Origin: Nitratiruptor sp.
Lineage (GTDB): Bacteria > Campylobacterota > Campylobacteria > Campylobacterales > Nitratiruptoraceae
Reading direction: 5' to 3'
Length of the DNA: 42,878 nucleotides
Assembly: GCA_015494595.1 (NCBI GenBank)
Contig: WGAX01000183.1
Coordinates: 1 to 42,878, forward strand
Shown here: positions 9,118 through 18,611 of the stretch, piece by piece
How the letters are laid out: each line of letters begins with the position of its first letter
How positions within the stretch are numbered: position 1 is the stretch's first letter
Translations under genes and position numbers: made by a program
The notes under the pieces: generated by a model
The model's input: the letters and a program-made list of their open reading frames with translations, nothing else
What the model was told of the DNA's origin: nothing
Databases searched by the model: none

Positions 9118-10572
9118 CTATTTTGCTTCCATAATCTGAAGCTTTTTATAAATTTTCTCAGCACTATCCAAAAATGCCTGAATAATAGAGGCCTCTACAA
9201 GTCTATTTTTTTCCTTTGCTATTTTTTCCACCGCCTCTTGATGAGAGAAAGGTTTTCTATATGCTCTTGGGCTTGTAAGCCCTATATAAAACTCTGCTAA
9301 TGCAACAATTTGTGCCAACAAAGGAATATCTTTACCCTTTAAGCCATACGGGTAGCCTCCACCATCATAACGCTCATGATGATACTTAATAATTGGCGCT
9401 ATAGGATAGACATTATTAATAGGCTCCACGAGTACTGAGCCTACAATAGGATGATAACGAATGAGATCCAACTCCTTTTTCTCAATCTTTTTACTATCAA
9501 GAAAATTTTCAATTTTGCCTATCATTCCTATATCATGCAATCTTGCCCCTATTCTAAGCACATCAATATGTCTCTCATCCAAAAAGATATTTTTCGCAAT
9601 TTCCACACTAACAAGCTCTACTTTTCTTGCGTGATCTTTAAAATAGGGACTTTGCAACTCTAAAACTCTATTGGCAAGAAGCAAAAAGTTAAGGTAGTTT
9701 GCCACCATTTTGCTGCTTGCATCCATATTCTCAAAATAGCCTCCTGCAAGATCCAAAAAGGCACCAATTTCTGCAATCTGCTTGGTATCAAGAGGAGCAT
9801 TTGTATACACTTCTAAGATATAGGGTGTATTTCTAATATAGAAGGCTTTTTTAAATTTATGTCTTTTAGGATATTTAAATACATCGACTTTTGTAGGATT
9901 TTCTCTATTTTTTAAGATCATCCCTGTAGCATTTGTCGTCTTTAATAAAAGAGAGCCCACAAACTTCAAAAATGTCTGGGTTCTATATTGAAAACTCATA
10001 ACATTTGTCAAAATATTTTTTGAGCTATCCATAATAGTACTAAGATGTATCTCTTTGTGCAGCTCGTTAATACGCAAATAGTAAGAGAGCAACATCATTA
10101 AAAATCCCTCAATCTCCTCTATAGCCAACTCCTTTTTGCTATAAATCCTCAAAAGGGCCTTTTCATCACAAGATTCAAAAGAGTAGACAGTATACTCCTC
10201 TTTTTTACTCTGTTTTTTAATATCTTTTTTATATACTCTACTCTCTATCTCTTCGCTCTCATCTTTCCCCTGTGCTTCTAAGACATAAATATCTCCCCTT
10301 CGCAAATAGATTGCTATATTATCTGCTCCTATATATCTTTGGTATTCACTTAAAAAAGCCTCCACATCCCCAATTTTACGCAAGGTAGCCAACTTTTTAA
10401 AAGCTCTATTTTGATTTCTAAAGCGAAATTTTAAGATTGCATTATCTCTAAAAAGCTTAATAGAGAGCAGGATAAATAGAATAGCTACTATTAAAAAAAC
10501 ATACCAGAAATTGAGCGCAATAAAAAAGATCACATCATCTACTCGCTCAGCAAAATTAATACTTCCTAACAC
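9118..10572 (-). CDS. membrane-anchored HD-GYP domain protein (partly degenerate)
   Basis: N-terminal TM. C-terminal LHDIG, HP, HHERYDGGGYPYGLKG and RAYRK motifs. Confidence 0.85.
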   Translation of the reverse strand: MLGSINFAERVDDVIFFIALNFWYVFLIVAILFILLSIKLFRDNAILKFRFRNQNRAFKKLATLRKIGDVEAFLSEYQRYIGADNIAIYLRRGDIYVLEAQGKDESEEIESRVYKKDIKKQSKKEEYTVYSFESCDEKALLRIYSKKELAIEEIEGFLMMLLSYYLRINELHKEIHLSTIMDSSKNILTNVMSFQYRTQTFLKFVGSLLLKTTNATGMILKNRENPTKVDVFKYPKRHKFKKAFYIRNTPYILEVYTNAPLDTKQIAEIGAFLDLAGGYFENMDASSKMVANYLNFLLLANRVLELQSPYFKDHARKVELVSVEIAKNIFLDERHIDVLRIGARLHDIGMIGKIENFLDSKKIEKKELDLIRYHPIVGSVLVEPINNVYPIAPIIKYHHERYDGGGYPYGLKGKDIPLLAQIVALAEFYIGLTSPRAYRKPFSHQEAVEKIAKEKNRLVEASIIQAFLDSAEKIYKKLQIMEAK

Positions 10573-12745
10573 GATTTTTCCTTTCTAAAAGTTTTATATA
10601 TTGACTATTATCGATCTCATAGACCGTTAATAGCTGACTTTTTGCAAAAATTCTAATATTATTATGTTTTGCACTATAAAGAGCTACCCACTCTTTCAAA
10701 TTTGTCTCTACATCCCTTCTCCAGCGATAAAACCACTCATCCTTTCCTTTATATGTGTGGGGAATGTCCTCCACAAAAATATAGACCTTTTTTGTAGGAA
10801 TTGGCAAATATCGATCTAAAGGATTATATTTTGTTACAAACTCATTAGCATTAATCATATACCCTTTACCAAGTACCTTAGAATACTCCTGTACATAAGA
10901 GACAACCGTCCAACTTAAAGGTGTGTTTTGCTTCACTATTTGATAAAGATAGTAAGGAATTGCAGAGTATTGCACTCCATTAATATACTTCTTAAACTGC
11001 TCTGTATCTTTATAGTGAGGAATAAAAAAGAGGGAGATAAATAAAGTTATATAAAGCAAAAAGAGAAAAAGAGGTTTAGCATACCTTCTTAACACAAAAC
11101 GCAAAGGCAACCACACAAAAAGTTTTACATAACAAGCTGCAATTATAGTAATGGATAAAAAGAGATACTCCGCCCCTCTAGCAGGATGTACAAGCTTTGG
11201 TAAACCTAAATTTTGTGCAAAATAGACTACAAAAAAACCCAATGGAATCAGTAAAAAACTACTAAAATAAAATCCCTTTTTATATAAGCGTGCCATAATA
11301 AAAAAAATAAGCGCAGAAAGAAGCAACAAAAGGTGAATAGAAGTAAGATGAGAAATTGTAACCTCTTCTATTCCTGCTGTAACTATCTCTTTAATAGCCT
11401 GCTTTGTACCAAACAGCTTGTCTAAAAAAGGAGCAGCTGCACCAAAATCTTGAGGAATACCATATTTTATAACAGAAAGCATCCAGCCATTTCCAAAAAT
11501 GGCTGCAATCACTATGCCAAGAAGCCCTCTTGCAAAAAGACTCCAACTCAATTTTAAACTAATAAAAGCATTCACTGCTATAAGCATACTAGGCACAATT
11601 AGTGCAATTGCCCCACCTCCGTGAAAAATAAAGACAAGCATCAATGTCAAAGTATAGTTATAAAGATATCTACTTTTTCCTTTATCTAAAGCTTTAATAA
11701 GATAAAAAAGATTAAGCAGATACATTGTAGAAGAAAATTCATAAGCCATACCGCTAAAATAGCGTAAATATGGCCTCATAGCTACATCTTCTAGCATCAA
11801 TTTTAATTCAGGATCAATAAAGAACTTTTGAGGAATAGTATAAAGAGTAAAATGCCACCAAGAGAGAATTGAAGGATTATTAAAGGTAAGAATCGGTGCG
11901 GCAATAGAGCTATTAAGAGGAGAGCCTATAAAAAAAGAGCCAAAAAGCAGTAGGATAAACAGAGCAAGAAGAGAGGAGATAGTAAATCGTTTTATAACAA
12001 AATAGACACCAAAAAGTAAAAAGGTAATGAGCAAAAGAGGATAGATATTAAACAACACTATAGAATCTATATGGGTAAAAACTTTTAAAATAAAAACAAA
12101 TACCGATATACCATAAAAATCAGCACCTACTGTCTTATTATCTGCATATAAGATATTACGCTCTAAGTTTGCTACCCACTCAAAAAATTGACTATTATCG
12201 GGCAAAGGATTTGCCATAGAGATAAAACACCTATAACCCAAAATATAGATTAAGTGAGTAAAAATAAAAAAAATAAGGACTTTTTTAAAAAATTGATAGT
12301 AATTGAGATGACGAAAATAGAGATAGAGCTCCTCTACTTTTTGCTTTTTATATTGAGCGATAATCTCTCTATAATTATCAAAAAAATGAAAAATAGCTAC
12401 CATTATAGCTATACGCTTAGCCAAAAGATAAGCTTTTACACTTCTTTTCTCATAAAATTTCACAAAAAAGAGCTTTGCCCCAATTAATGAGGCAATAAAT
12501 GTAAAAGTATTAAAGAGTTTTATAAAAACTAAAAGAGGTACTACTAGCTCAATAAAAACCAACATATATAAAATATTGGAGATAATATTTTCTATTCCAG
12601 CCCCTGCATAGTGCTGCGGAAATATGCGTCTTGGTAAAAAGATAAATAGAATGTATGCTACACTAAAAAGAACAACAATACCATGAAGATTAATGGAGAA
12701 AACATTATATAGGATAGAGTAATCTATAAACCTCTCTCTTTGCAA
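10556..12745 (-). CDS. large polytopic membrane protein, probable GT-C-fold glycosyltransferase/polymer-modifying enzyme
   Basis: More than 13 hydrophobic segments, an acidic first external loop (NPLPDNSQFFEW...ADFYG) and a soluble C-terminal domain. The coding status is clear; the function is inferred. Confidence 0.55.
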   Translation of the reverse strand: MQRERFIDYSILYNVFSINLHGIVVLFSVAYILFIFLPRRIFPQHYAGAGIENIISNILYMLVFIELVVPLLVFIKLFNTFTFIASLIGAKLFFVKFYEKRSVKAYLLAKRIAIMVAIFHFFDNYREIIAQYKKQKVEELYLYFRHLNYYQFFKKVLIFFIFTHLIYILGYRCFISMANPLPDNSQFFEWVANLERNILYADNKTVGADFYGISVFVFILKVFTHIDSIVLFNIYPLLLITFLLFGVYFVIKRFTISSLLALFILLLFGSFFIGSPLNSSIAAPILTFNNPSILSWWHFTLYTIPQKFFIDPELKLMLEDVAMRPYLRYFSGMAYEFSSTMYLLNLFYLIKALDKGKSRYLYNYTLTLMLVFIFHGGGAIALIVPSMLIAVNAFISLKLSWSLFARGLLGIVIAAIFGNGWMLSVIKYGIPQDFGAAAPFLDKLFGTKQAIKEIVTAGIEEVTISHLTSIHLLLLLSALIFFIMARLYKKGFYFSSFLLIPLGFFVVYFAQNLGLPKLVHPARGAEYLFLSITIIAACYVKLFVWLPLRFVLRRYAKPLFLFLLYITLFISLFFIPHYKDTEQFKKYINGVQYSAIPYYLYQIVKQNTPLSWTVVSYVQEYSKVLGKGYMINANEFVTKYNPLDRYLPIPTKKVYIFVEDIPHTYKGKDEWFYRWRRDVETNLKEWVALYSAKHNNIRIFAKSQLLTVYEIDNSQYIKLLERKNRVRKY

Positions 12746-12753
12746 AAATGCCC

Positions 12754-13656
12754 TTAACCTTTAATGAGATACAGTAGAAGCTTCCATCGTAAAAGCTCTC
12801 CATCATAATAGACATCACTATACTCAAAAGGAAGAAGTGAGACAATATATCCTCGACCATAAGGCAGCAGAGTTACTAGAGGACGACCTCTTGTATCCAC
12901 AATCAATTTTTTCCCTTCTATAAGAGGATAGATCTCCATAAAATTGTAAATAACTAGTTTTAATCTTTTTATACCTTTAATAAGAGAGGCTTTTTGATCA
13001 ATAATAAAACTTTTTGTTGAGGGCATATAATTGATAAGATCAATTTTTTTTGCCTGAAAAAGATAAGGAGTGACAGGTTTGTGCAAAAACCGCATACCCC
13101 CTACTGCTCTGTAAAGATTTTTGCGTATCCTCCAGGCGGCTATCTCCCCTTCCCTATTAAAAATATCATACCGAGTAGAAAAGAGGCCAAACTCTACCCA
13201 AAGCACTCCCCCCTGTTTAACCCAGGAGCGCAAAATCTCCTGCTCTTTTGCTGAGATATTTAAGGAGTAAGCAATATTTTTAAAAAGATCTCGACTTACT
13301 CTTTTATACTCTTTTATCCATAAAGGTCGAATATAGATAAAATCAAGAGATTGAGGCTCTTTTTGCAAACGCCAAAAATTTACATCTTCAATACTTTTAG
13401 CATTATAAGTAAGATTAATACTTTGATAAAATTTTGGATTGAATTTTCCTTTAACTTCAAACTCCCTCTCATCAATAAAAGGAAATTTATGAAAAATATC
13501 ACTCCCCTTCTGGACTGATACAAGATCTTCCACGGGCTGATTATAGATAGTAAGTGTAACTTCGTTTGTCAACTCCTTTTCTATACTATTTTGACTACTG
13601 GCACATCCACTTAAAAAAAGAAGGCTTAGTAAAAGTGATATGAAATATCTCATCAT
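12754..13656 (-). CDS. lipoprotein of unknown function (possible class-I GATase-like fold)
   Basis: Lipobox FLSGC. LRSWVKQGGVLWV and YGRGYIVSL resemble DUF4350/ThuA-like folds. Confidence 0.65.
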   Translation of the reverse strand: MMRYFISLLLSLLFLSGCASSQNSIEKELTNEVTLTIYNQPVEDLVSVQKGSDIFHKFPFIDEREFEVKGKFNPKFYQSINLTYNAKSIEDVNFWRLQKEPQSLDFIYIRPLWIKEYKRVSRDLFKNIAYSLNISAKEQEILRSWVKQGGVLWVEFGLFSTRYDIFNREGEIAAWRIRKNLYRAVGGMRFLHKPVTPYLFQAKKIDLINYMPSTKSFIIDQKASLIKGIKRLKLVIYNFMEIYPLIEGKKLIVDTRGRPLVTLLPYGRGYIVSLLPFEYSDVYYDGELLRWKLLLYLIKG

Positions 13657-13662
13657 CTTCCT

Positions 13663-15216
13663 TTAAAATGCTGCATAGTAGTAATAATCCAAATCTTTAA
13701 ACACCTTTTTCATATAAAGAAATGTTATAAGCCAAAAAGTTATACTACCTACTAACAATCCTACTACAGCAAGATATTGATCAACTATATTGGCTAAAAT
13801 AACTCCTACTGTAAAATCTATAGCTACAGCAATAACTATAGCCTGCACCACAACCTTTTGCCTAGAAAAAGAGAAAAGAATTAATGTATTCATCAACCCA
13901 CTTGTCAAAAAAGCATAAGCTATGGCACTTGCTATAAATACATATTCTGATATTTCAGTAAAAGGCAAACGATCAGCACTTACATAGTGACTCAGTGTCT
14001 TGACAATGGTATATATAACTATTATCGTTATAAATGCAAATATTGTAAAGAGTCTATTTACCCTTTTATAAAATTTCTCAAAATAGCTATTAAACTCCTT
14101 GACTTGCCAAAGAGAGTAATGCACAACCTTGTCATTGAGCATATATAAAAACTCATATACCACAACTTCCAATACTCCCATTAACAATACAAGTACTATT
14201 AAAGCAAGATCTGTACCTACCTCATACTCCACATCAAACCAAATAAAAAACCCCCGATCAAGCGCATAAACATTCCACTCAATTAACTTATCCAATACCA
14301 AAAAAAGAAAATAGAATGTGCCATATAAAAAAAAGGGTAAAAGAGTGTAAACAAGCATAGATGTTCTTGGTAGAAGCTCCCCTTCTGAAGGAGTAGTTTT
14401 TCTTAAGTGATAGAGCTTCCTAAACCCAAAATAGATAATAATAAGATCTAATAGTGCCAATGCTAAAAATTGTGCCCAGGGAAAACCTATACCTACAATA
14501 TAGTGGATAGGCACAACAATCACTACCCCTAAAAGAAAAAAGAGTGCAATTTTGCCATACTCTTCAAATACATAATAGACACTGATACTCAAAAATAGTA
14601 CAGAAAGCAGAAAAAAGCTTAAAATAAATGGAGGGAAAAAATTGTGCTCAAAAACTTTAAATAGAGAATTAAAAAGAAAGAAAAAGAGTGTTAATAGGAC
14701 AATTTTTGCAAAACTCGCTAAATAGAGTACCTTAATACTTTTTGCTGCTAAAACATACTCATGCATCTTTAGATAGTAGAGACCTTTTCGGCCAATAATT
14801 TGTGCAGGTCCCCCCGTTACAATCATTGCTAAAAATGTCCCAAAGGCTATAATTGTAGCCGTTGCCTCATCAATCATAATATTTGACCATAAGGCAAACC
14901 CAAAAATAATCGTAGCAATAATCTGAATAAAAATAGGAATAGCAAAAGCTAAACCTCGAAGATAGTTACGAATAATTCGCTGTTTTAAGGGTGGTAGTTT
15001 CTGCTGCACAAGGGCAATGCTTGGATATGTCTTTATCTCTTTATACTTAAAGAGCTCCTTTGCCAATGCAAATACATCATCAAAACCATACTCCTCTTTC
15101 GCATCAATATCGCGTATACCATATACTTCCAGCAAAGCGGCCACTTCCCAAAAATCAAGAGGCTCTCCTCTATCTTTAGTAATAGCCAAATAGAGCTCTT
15201 CCAACCTTTTACTCAT
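13663..15216 (-). CDS. PelG-like polysaccharide synthesis/export membrane protein
   Basis: About 12 TM, 4-nt overlap with pelF. The N-terminal EVAALLEVYGI...YGFDDVFALAKEL segment resembles the PelF-adjacent membrane proteins I recall from actinobacterial pel-like loci. Confidence 0.65.
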   Translation of the reverse strand: MSKRLEELYLAITKDRGEPLDFWEVAALLEVYGIRDIDAKEEYGFDDVFALAKELFKYKEIKTYPSIALVQQKLPPLKQRIIRNYLRGLAFAIPIFIQIIATIIFGFALWSNIMIDEATATIIAFGTFLAMIVTGGPAQIIGRKGLYYLKMHEYVLAAKSIKVLYLASFAKIVLLTLFFFLFNSLFKVFEHNFFPPFILSFFLLSVLFLSISVYYVFEEYGKIALFFLLGVVIVVPIHYIVGIGFPWAQFLALALLDLIIIYFGFRKLYHLRKTTPSEGELLPRTSMLVYTLLPFFLYGTFYFLFLVLDKLIEWNVYALDRGFFIWFDVEYEVGTDLALIVLVLLMGVLEVVVYEFLYMLNDKVVHYSLWQVKEFNSYFEKFYKRVNRLFTIFAFITIIVIYTIVKTLSHYVSADRLPFTEISEYVFIASAIAYAFLTSGLMNTLILFSFSRQKVVVQAIVIAVAIDFTVGVILANIVDQYLAVVGLLVGSITFWLITFLYMKKVFKDLDYYYYAAF

Positions 15217-16706
15217 AGGTGTACTGCCGGCAAAGAGTTTAAAGATGATTCAAAAAGTTTCCTATACACACTCCAGTAATTATTGACCATATCTTCAGTT
15301 GTAAAACCTGCTACAATCACTTCCCGTGCCTTTTTACCAAGCTCTTTGGTAAATGCAGGATTTTGTAAAAGATAGATAACATACTTTGCAAACTCCTCAT
15401 ACGCTTTAGGCTTAATAATAAAACCATATCCCTCCAGTACCTCTTTTGTTCCTCCCACATCACTTGAAACCACCACTTTTTCACACGCCATTGCCTCAAT
15501 GACTGCAAAAGGAAAAGCCTCGGATATGCTCGTAAGCATCACCACATCACCCTCATTATATGCCATAGCCGGATTAGAAGTAGCTCCCAAAAAGGAGAAG
15601 TTATTTTCTAATTGCAAACTCTTTACAAGCTCTTTACATTGCAAAGCATACTCCTTATCTACCTCAGGACCATAAAACTTAAAGTGTACATCTGGAATTT
15701 GCTTAGCCACCAGAGCACAACAGCGTATATAGGTCTCCACATCTTTGAGAGGATCCAAACGAGCTACCATCACAACAGTTGGTCTATCATCTCGCTGTAC
15801 ATCCATCTTTTTAAACTTGAGTACATCAATACCATTATAGATAGTCTCAATTTTACTCTCTTTTACTCCCCATTGAAGCTCCCAGCGCTTATTATAATCA
15901 CATACAGGAGAGATCAGATCGGCAAAATGGTAGTTGAGTTTAGAGACTGTTGTAATAAGTCCCAACAGAAACTCTTTTGTCTTAAGAGGCACCTTTCTTC
16001 TAGAGGCAAAAAGATACTGCTCTCTAATATAGATTCCATGCTCTGTTAATAAAAACCGACTTTTATGTTTCTTCTTAGCAATAATACAAGGCAGACCACA
16101 AAAAGCTGCTGCAGAGGAGTGATAAATATCTGCTTTGGGAAGCTCAGGTAAAAGAGTGATAAAGAAGCGAAAAATATAGCGCAGTCCCTCAATCATATCA
16201 AAAACTGTAGGCAAATCCTGCTCTTTTACTCGATAGTGCTCCATTAAATAGCCTTTATAAATCTCCCATACCTCCTGACTTCTAAAGATCTCATAATAAT
16301 CATACTCTAAAAAGTAGTCATAAAACTCTACCAAAGCATCACCCAACCCTTCTAAATCATCCTCTTTTCTATAGATATGATTCAAAAGTTTTATAAGAAT
16401 AGGCTCCAATCTTGCTATATCTCTTTTTTGCAATGTATTAATTTTAGCTTGATAGATTCTAGCAAACTCAATATTACGAATATACTCCACCGGTTCTTCT
16501 GTTCCCCAAAGAGGGACATTAATAATATCCACAACATTAGCCGGTATAGGAAACTTTGCCTGCATATAAGGATGCATCATAATTGGCATCAAAATAAAAT
16601 CGATATTTTTAAGCTCTCTAATAAGAAGATCTGCCCAGGTACTCACTCCTCCCGTTGCATAGGGGTAGGTACCTTCACCCGTCCATACAACTTTAATTCT
16701 GGCCAT
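15213..16706 (-). CDS. pelF: GT4 glycosyltransferase PelF (DUF3492 + GT-B)
   Basis: EGTYPYATGGVSTW, LTEHGIYIRE, IYNGID, ARLDPLKD and TSISEAFPFAVIEAMA are PelF signatures. Confidence 0.9.
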   Translation of the reverse strand: MARIKVVWTGEGTYPYATGGVSTWADLLIRELKNIDFILMPIMMHPYMQAKFPIPANVVDIINVPLWGTEEPVEYIRNIEFARIYQAKINTLQKRDIARLEPILIKLLNHIYRKEDDLEGLGDALVEFYDYFLEYDYYEIFRSQEVWEIYKGYLMEHYRVKEQDLPTVFDMIEGLRYIFRFFITLLPELPKADIYHSSAAAFCGLPCIIAKKKHKSRFLLTEHGIYIREQYLFASRRKVPLKTKEFLLGLITTVSKLNYHFADLISPVCDYNKRWELQWGVKESKIETIYNGIDVLKFKKMDVQRDDRPTVVMVARLDPLKDVETYIRCCALVAKQIPDVHFKFYGPEVDKEYALQCKELVKSLQLENNFSFLGATSNPAMAYNEGDVVMLTSISEAFPFAVIEAMACEKVVVSSDVGGTKEVLEGYGFIIKPKAYEEFAKYVIYLLQNPAFTKELGKKAREVIVAGFTTEDMVNNYWSVYRKLFESSLNSLPAVHL

Positions 16707-18366
16707 CTGCTATCTGTTGTCCTATAAGAATAAGAAGTTGCGCAGAGTTGCGAATCATTGCAGTTTTTATGGTAGCTTTCTCTTCAATATAGTGAAGATA
16801 ATTTTTTAGTGCATCATTAAAATCACGATAAACAGAAAGACCCTCTATATAGCGTTTGCGTACAATTTGCAGCTTTTTATACATCAAAGCGATCTGCTGT
16901 TGAACAATATCTAAATGTTTTTGTAGCCGTTTATTCTCATTATAGAGTTTATAGATCTGCTGTGCACTCTTTTTAATCGTATCAAGCAGCCTATTTTTCT
17001 GTTTCAAAGCTTCTATTTTTACCTTTTGTTTATGCAGTTTACATGCATCTCCTCCTATTAAAGGGATCTTTACACTAACAGCTCCACTATAATTAAGCCC
17101 CTTTGCTTTTTGATGGGGAATAAGAGAAAAATCCTTTTTATACTCATAAAAGAGAGCTCCATGAAAATCGATAATAGGTAGCATCGATTTTTCACTACTT
17201 ACTACCTTTGCTTTTTTCAATCCATACAAAAGACGCATCCTTCGTATAGTGCTGTTATGCAAATACGCCTCTTTATAAAGTGTTGGCAAATCCTTTGTCT
17301 CCAATGCAAAACCAATATTCTCCAACTCTACTCTTTTAGATATATTTAGCTCTATACTACTACGCAAAAGGTGATCACTATAGGTATAGTCATAAATCTT
17401 TTTTAATAAATCTTTTCGTAGCTCCAATAGATCATTTTTTGCATCTATCACATCTACTCTCGAAGCAACTCCTACCCTACCACGCTCTTTAATAAGATTA
17501 TAAAAACGCTTCTGATTGAAATACTCTTTTTCATAAATACTTTTTAGCTCCCATGCTAAAAGAGCTTCACTATAGATTGCGACTCCAAGTAAAGAGAGCT
17601 GCTCTTTTGCATTCAAAAAATCGACTTTTGCTAGCTGCTCTTTTAAATAACGTATACGAGCTACAAGGGGATAATCTCTGTCAAAAAGGCGTTTATCAAT
17701 ATTAATACCAGCATTAACTGTCAACTCTTTATCAGTAATTAAAGAGTAGTCTATAAATTTTGCATACCGTGCGGCAGCGTTGAAATAGATTTGCCACTCA
17801 TATCTACTCTGCTCTAAAATTGCCTCTAATCTCTTAATTTTTGCATCATAACTTTTACTCTTTAAACCATAATCTTTTTGTAATAATCTTTTTAAATACT
17901 CTTGTAAAGTAAGCTTGTAGACATGAGAAGACTTTTTATGAGAATGCTGCATAACATTTTGGATAAAACTATCTTCTGTTTGCCTAAGAGGTGCGGTTTG
18001 AAATTGAGCTACTTTGTTTTTCTTTATTACTTTTACTTTTGCTTTTACTTTTTTCTTTATTGGCTTATGATCTTGAGAAATCTTTGCCGTAGAAGAGCAT
18101 TTTATATTATTACAGCGCTTAATGTAAGCATCTGTATGAAGTTTTTTGGCCTTGGCAAAAGCTGATTTTAATTCCTTTTTATTCAAATAGGGGCCAGAGA
18201 TAAAGTGATAATACCCCCTCTTTTTACAAATAACTCCCTTTGGAAACATAGCCAAAAAAGTCTTATCTTCATTTTTATAGACTCTTTTTTGCATAGCATG
18301 CTGAATACACCAACCACCTAATAGAGGATAAACAAGTATAATTAAACCAACTATAACCCTACCCAT
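16693..18366 (-). CDS. TolC-family outer membrane efflux protein with N-terminal SPOR-like domain
   Basis: Signal peptide, SPOR-like segment (YHFISGPYLNKKELKSAFAKAKKLHTDAYI), Lys-rich linker, then two OEP repeats (LTLQEYL, VGVASRVDVIDAK, LPIIDF, VKIPL, YIEGLS). Start at ATG 18366 or TTG 18372. Confidence 0.85.
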   Translation of the reverse strand: MGRVIVGLIILVYPLLGGWCIQHAMQKRVYKNEDKTFLAMFPKGVICKKRGYYHFISGPYLNKKELKSAFAKAKKLHTDAYIKRCNNIKCSSTAKISQDHKPIKKKVKAKVKVIKKNKVAQFQTAPLRQTEDSFIQNVMQHSHKKSSHVYKLTLQEYLKRLLQKDYGLKSKSYDAKIKRLEAILEQSRYEWQIYFNAAARYAKFIDYSLITDKELTVNAGINIDKRLFDRDYPLVARIRYLKEQLAKVDFLNAKEQLSLLGVAIYSEALLAWELKSIYEKEYFNQKRFYNLIKERGRVGVASRVDVIDAKNDLLELRKDLLKKIYDYTYSDHLLRSSIELNISKRVELENIGFALETKDLPTLYKEAYLHNSTIRRMRLLYGLKKAKVVSSEKSMLPIIDFHGALFYEYKKDFSLIPHQKAKGLNYSGAVSVKIPLIGGDACKLHKQKVKIEALKQKNRLLDTIKKSAQQIYKLYNENKRLQKHLDIVQQQIALMYKKLQIVRKRYIEGLSVYRDFNDALKNYLHYIEEKATIKTAMIRNSAQLLILIGQQIADGQN

Positions 18367-18409
18367 TGACAAACTTTTTATGGATTTATTGAAGCCAAGT
18401 CTATCGAAA

Positions 18410-18418
18410 ATTATCGCA
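18410..18418 (-). promoter_or_regulatory. candidate extended -10 promoter of the tolC-pelF arm
   Basis: TGCGATAAT on the minus strand about 45 nt upstream of the start, one mismatch to TGnTATAAT. Confidence 0.45.
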
Positions 18419-18466
18419 ATTTTTCATAAAATTTTGAGGGTTTGTAAGTTTTGCAAAGAGGAGTAA

Positions 18467-18553
<87 letters not shown>

Positions 18554-18566
18554 GTTTTGAAGCAAA

Positions 18567-18575
18567 AGTATAGCA
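18567..18575 (-). promoter_or_regulatory. extended -10 promoter for tRNA-Leu
   Basis: TGCTATACT 13 nt upstream of the mature tRNA. Confidence 0.7.
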
Positions 18576-18576
18576 T

Positions 18577-18607
18577 AAAATCTTCCCGAAGGCAACCCTT
18601 CGGAAAG
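18577..18607 (-). terminator. Rho-independent terminator of atpE
   Basis: Minus-strand hairpin CTTTCCGAAGG-GTTG-CCTTCGGGAAG followed by ATTTT, immediately after the atpE stop. Confidence 0.7.
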
Positions 18608-18611
18608 TAAA

